DNA of 63,627 bases, counting the filler, from an uncultured Myxococcia bacterium (GTDB taxonomy: Bacteria > CAZTWC01), in NCBI GenBank assembly GCA_964617105.1. It is 3 parts of 3 records of this genome, joined end to end, with 100 filler letters (N's around TTAATTAATTAA, not from the genome) between each part and the next. Parts side by side here need not be neighbours in the genome. Positions count along the whole stretch, not along the records: positions 49,081 to 63,627 come from CAZTWC010000069.1; 2 more parts are not named here. One strand, 5' to 3'. This document shows, piece by piece, positions 61,863 to 63,627 of this stretch. The number at the start of each line of letters is the position of its first letter. The first letter of the stretch is position 1. The position numbers and the translations under genes were made by a program. The notes under the pieces were generated by a model that saw nothing but the letters and a program-made list of their open reading frames with translations, was not told the DNA's origin and ran no database searches.

Positions 61863-62207
61863 TTAATCCTCTACTTCCACCGAAATGATTTCCAACTCCC
61901 TGCCGGCGATAAGTTCAGTGTCTATACTGGAACAGTTGGGGCAAACCGGACTGTAATCGCGGGGAGTGAATATCTGGTGGCAATCGCGGCAACGGCTTTG
62001 GGCTTGCACTTTATCAAAGTTGAGGGAAGAGTTGCAAAACTGTTTTGATTCCGCAACCATCACCTGATAAACAAAGTTTAAATTATCTTCTTTCAAGTGG
62101 CTCCACTCACCCAGACGGATATTGATCCCAATAATTTTTTTTTCTCTGACTTGCTTTACTTGCCGGACAGAATCAATTATGGCTTGAGCGATGGAAACTT
62201 CGTGCAT
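61863..62207 (-). CDS. hypA: Hydrogenase nickel metallochaperone HypA
   Basis: MHEVSI; CRDC..CPNC; GREL. Confidence 0.95.
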   Translation of the reverse strand: MHEVSIAQAIIDSVRQVKQVREKKIIGINIRLGEWSHLKEDNLNFVYQVMVAESKQFCNSSLNFDKVQAQSRCRDCHQIFTPRDYSPVCPNCSSIDTELIAGRELEIISVEVED

Positions 62208-62219
62208 GGTAAGTGGGGT

Positions 62220-63557
62220 TCAATAATATTTGGTAAAACTTGTTACTATATCTCGGAGCAGGTCCTCCACCTCTATATTGTTCCGGGAGGCAATTTGGAT
62301 CAGGTTGTCATACTCCATTTCTGAGAATTTTAACGGTAATTCCTGGTTTAAATGTGCTTCCCGGTTGAGAGCTTTTACCTGCGATTCAACAATTTCCTCC
62401 GCATCTTCTATAATTTCGATATCGTCTGAAATATTTTTTCCAGTCTCCGAGTCCTTCAGTTCTGTATAACCGCCGGAAGAAAATTGTTGAGTGGCAGAAA
62501 TCTTTAATTTGCTTATTTTGCCTTTTATCCTTTTTTTGTCCCGTTCCATCTCCTGGTTGAACAACTGGCGGATAAAATTAGCCAAATGGAGATTGCTGGG
62601 GGTGAAAATATGTTGGGATAAAAAGGAATCTATATCGTATTGCATATCCCAGGCGTTTTTGTAGCGTTGGCGTTTGTCGNNNNNNNNNNCCAGGGCTTTC
62701 ATAATAATATGTTCAACTGCCTCGGGAATATCAGCCTTAAAGTAACTGGGCGGGTATATTTTTCCTTCCATTACCGACTTGAGAATCTGCATTTCGTTAT
62801 CACCGGTAAATATTTTATACCCGGTCATCCACTCGTAGAGAACTACCCCCAGGGAGAAAATATCGGAACGATGATCCAGGAGTTCGGCCCGGCATTGCTC
62901 AGGTGACATGTAACACAATTTTCCTTTGATTTCGCCGGCTTTGGTATGCTCCAGTTGAGTATGAGCCTTGGCTATACCGAAATCGGTGATTTTTACATTA
63001 CCGTCAAAAGAGACCATGATATTTTCCGGTGAAATATCACGGTGAACAATGGTTAACGATTTTCCTTCGGCATCGGTTTTGTTGTGGGCGTAATATAGAC
63101 CCTCGCAGACGCTGCTGGCTATCTTGAGGGCGTATTCCATAGGAAAGGGGATCTCCAACTCCTGCGAGCGGGGGAAAATTTGGCGCATGTCGCGGCCAAA
63201 GACGTATTCCATGGCAATGAAGTGCCATCCGTGCTGCTGGCCCACTTCGTAGACGCCCACCAGGTTTGAGTGGCGCAGCTTTGCGGCAACCTGCGCTTCA
63301 CAGAAGAACCGCTCCGTATCCGCCTGCGTGGCCTGCTGGCCCGCCAGGATCATCTTCACGGCGGCGATGCGGTCGAGGCCTTTTTGCTCGGCCCGGTAGA
63401 CGATCCCCATGCCGCCGCGCCCGATTTCGTCGAGGAGCACGTAGTTGCCGATGTCCGTTCCCTTGAGCGGTGGCCAGACGATCTTCTCGCGTATGATGGG
63501 ACGGACGGGGGCTCTGCGATCCGAGTTCTCAGCGAGAACTGTCTCCGTTCCGGTCAT
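62220..63557 (-). CDS. Hanks-type Ser/Thr protein kinase (N gap at 62680-62689; 5' part probably chimeric)
   Basis: GRGGMG, AVK, HRDISPEN, DFGIA, YMSPEQ, DIFSLG. Confidence 0.85.
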   Translation of the reverse strand: MTGTETVLAENSDRRAPVRPIIREKIVWPPLKGTDIGNYVLLDEIGRGGMGIVYRAEQKGLDRIAAVKMILAGQQATQADTERFFCEAQVAAKLRHSNLVGVYEVGQQHGWHFIAMEYVFGRDMRQIFPRSQELEIPFPMEYALKIASSVCEGLYYAHNKTDAEGKSLTIVHRDISPENIMVSFDGNVKITDFGIAKAHTQLEHTKAGEIKGKLCYMSPEQCRAELLDHRSDIFSLGVVLYEWMTGYKIFTGDNEMQILKSVMEGKIYPPSYFKADIPEAVEHIIMKALXXXXDKRQRYKNAWDMQYDIDSFLSQHIFTPSNLHLANFIRQLFNQEMERDKKRIKGKISKLKISATQQFSSGGYTELKDSETGKNISDDIEIIEDAEEIVESQVKALNREAHLNQELPLKFSEMEYDNLIQIASRNNIEVEDLLRDIVTSFTKYY

Positions 63558-63627
63558 TTCCTTCAGGGTCTGCAGATGCGGGGCTTTCCCATCGAGATCA
63601 GGGAGCGTCTCGTCCCGTGTGCCCCTG

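Overview
About 45% GC bacterial DNA, probably a deltaproteobacterial/Myxococcota-like MAG (inferred from zapA-6S-rny-ymdB synteny, Cys-rich lipoproteins and a myxobacterial-type Ser/Thr kinase). It is three contigs joined by artificial 100-bp N44-TTAATTAATTAA-N44 spacers (1-24504, 24605-48980, 49081-63627), so adjacency across spacers means nothing. Contig 1: 3' part of a giant DUF11-repeat/OmpA/beta-barrel surface protein, radical SAM gene, tRNA-Leu(TAG), cheX, larC, zapA, 6S RNA, rny, ymdB, and a 7-gene respiratory cluster (7-heme cytochrome c, NrfD, NrfC, divergent Tat molybdopterin subunit, beta-propeller, 6-heme cytochrome c, NarI/Fe-S fusion). Contig 2: four sensor kinase genes, three of them 7TM-DISM type (one lacks the phospho-His, one lacks the ectodomain, one is frameshifted), rqcH, a 79-Cys lipoprotein, dnaK, a palindromic REP/MITE, a Crp-family gene, a broken rpe, fmt, mutS2 and cheR. 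Contig 3: speD, an imuB/dinB remnant, two FGE-sulfatase (C-type lectin fold) genes plus a truncated inverted copy that forms a potential invertible leader cassette, a divergent HisRS/HisZ paralogue tightly coupled to an enlarged histidine ammonia-lyase, a MazF TA pair, hypAB and a compositionally chimeric kinase. The best leads are the HisRS-like/HAL pair, the FGE lipoprotein diversification locus, the atypical Mo/multiheme complex and the complementary pseudokinase pair. All annotations come from motif recognition by eye; no searches were run.
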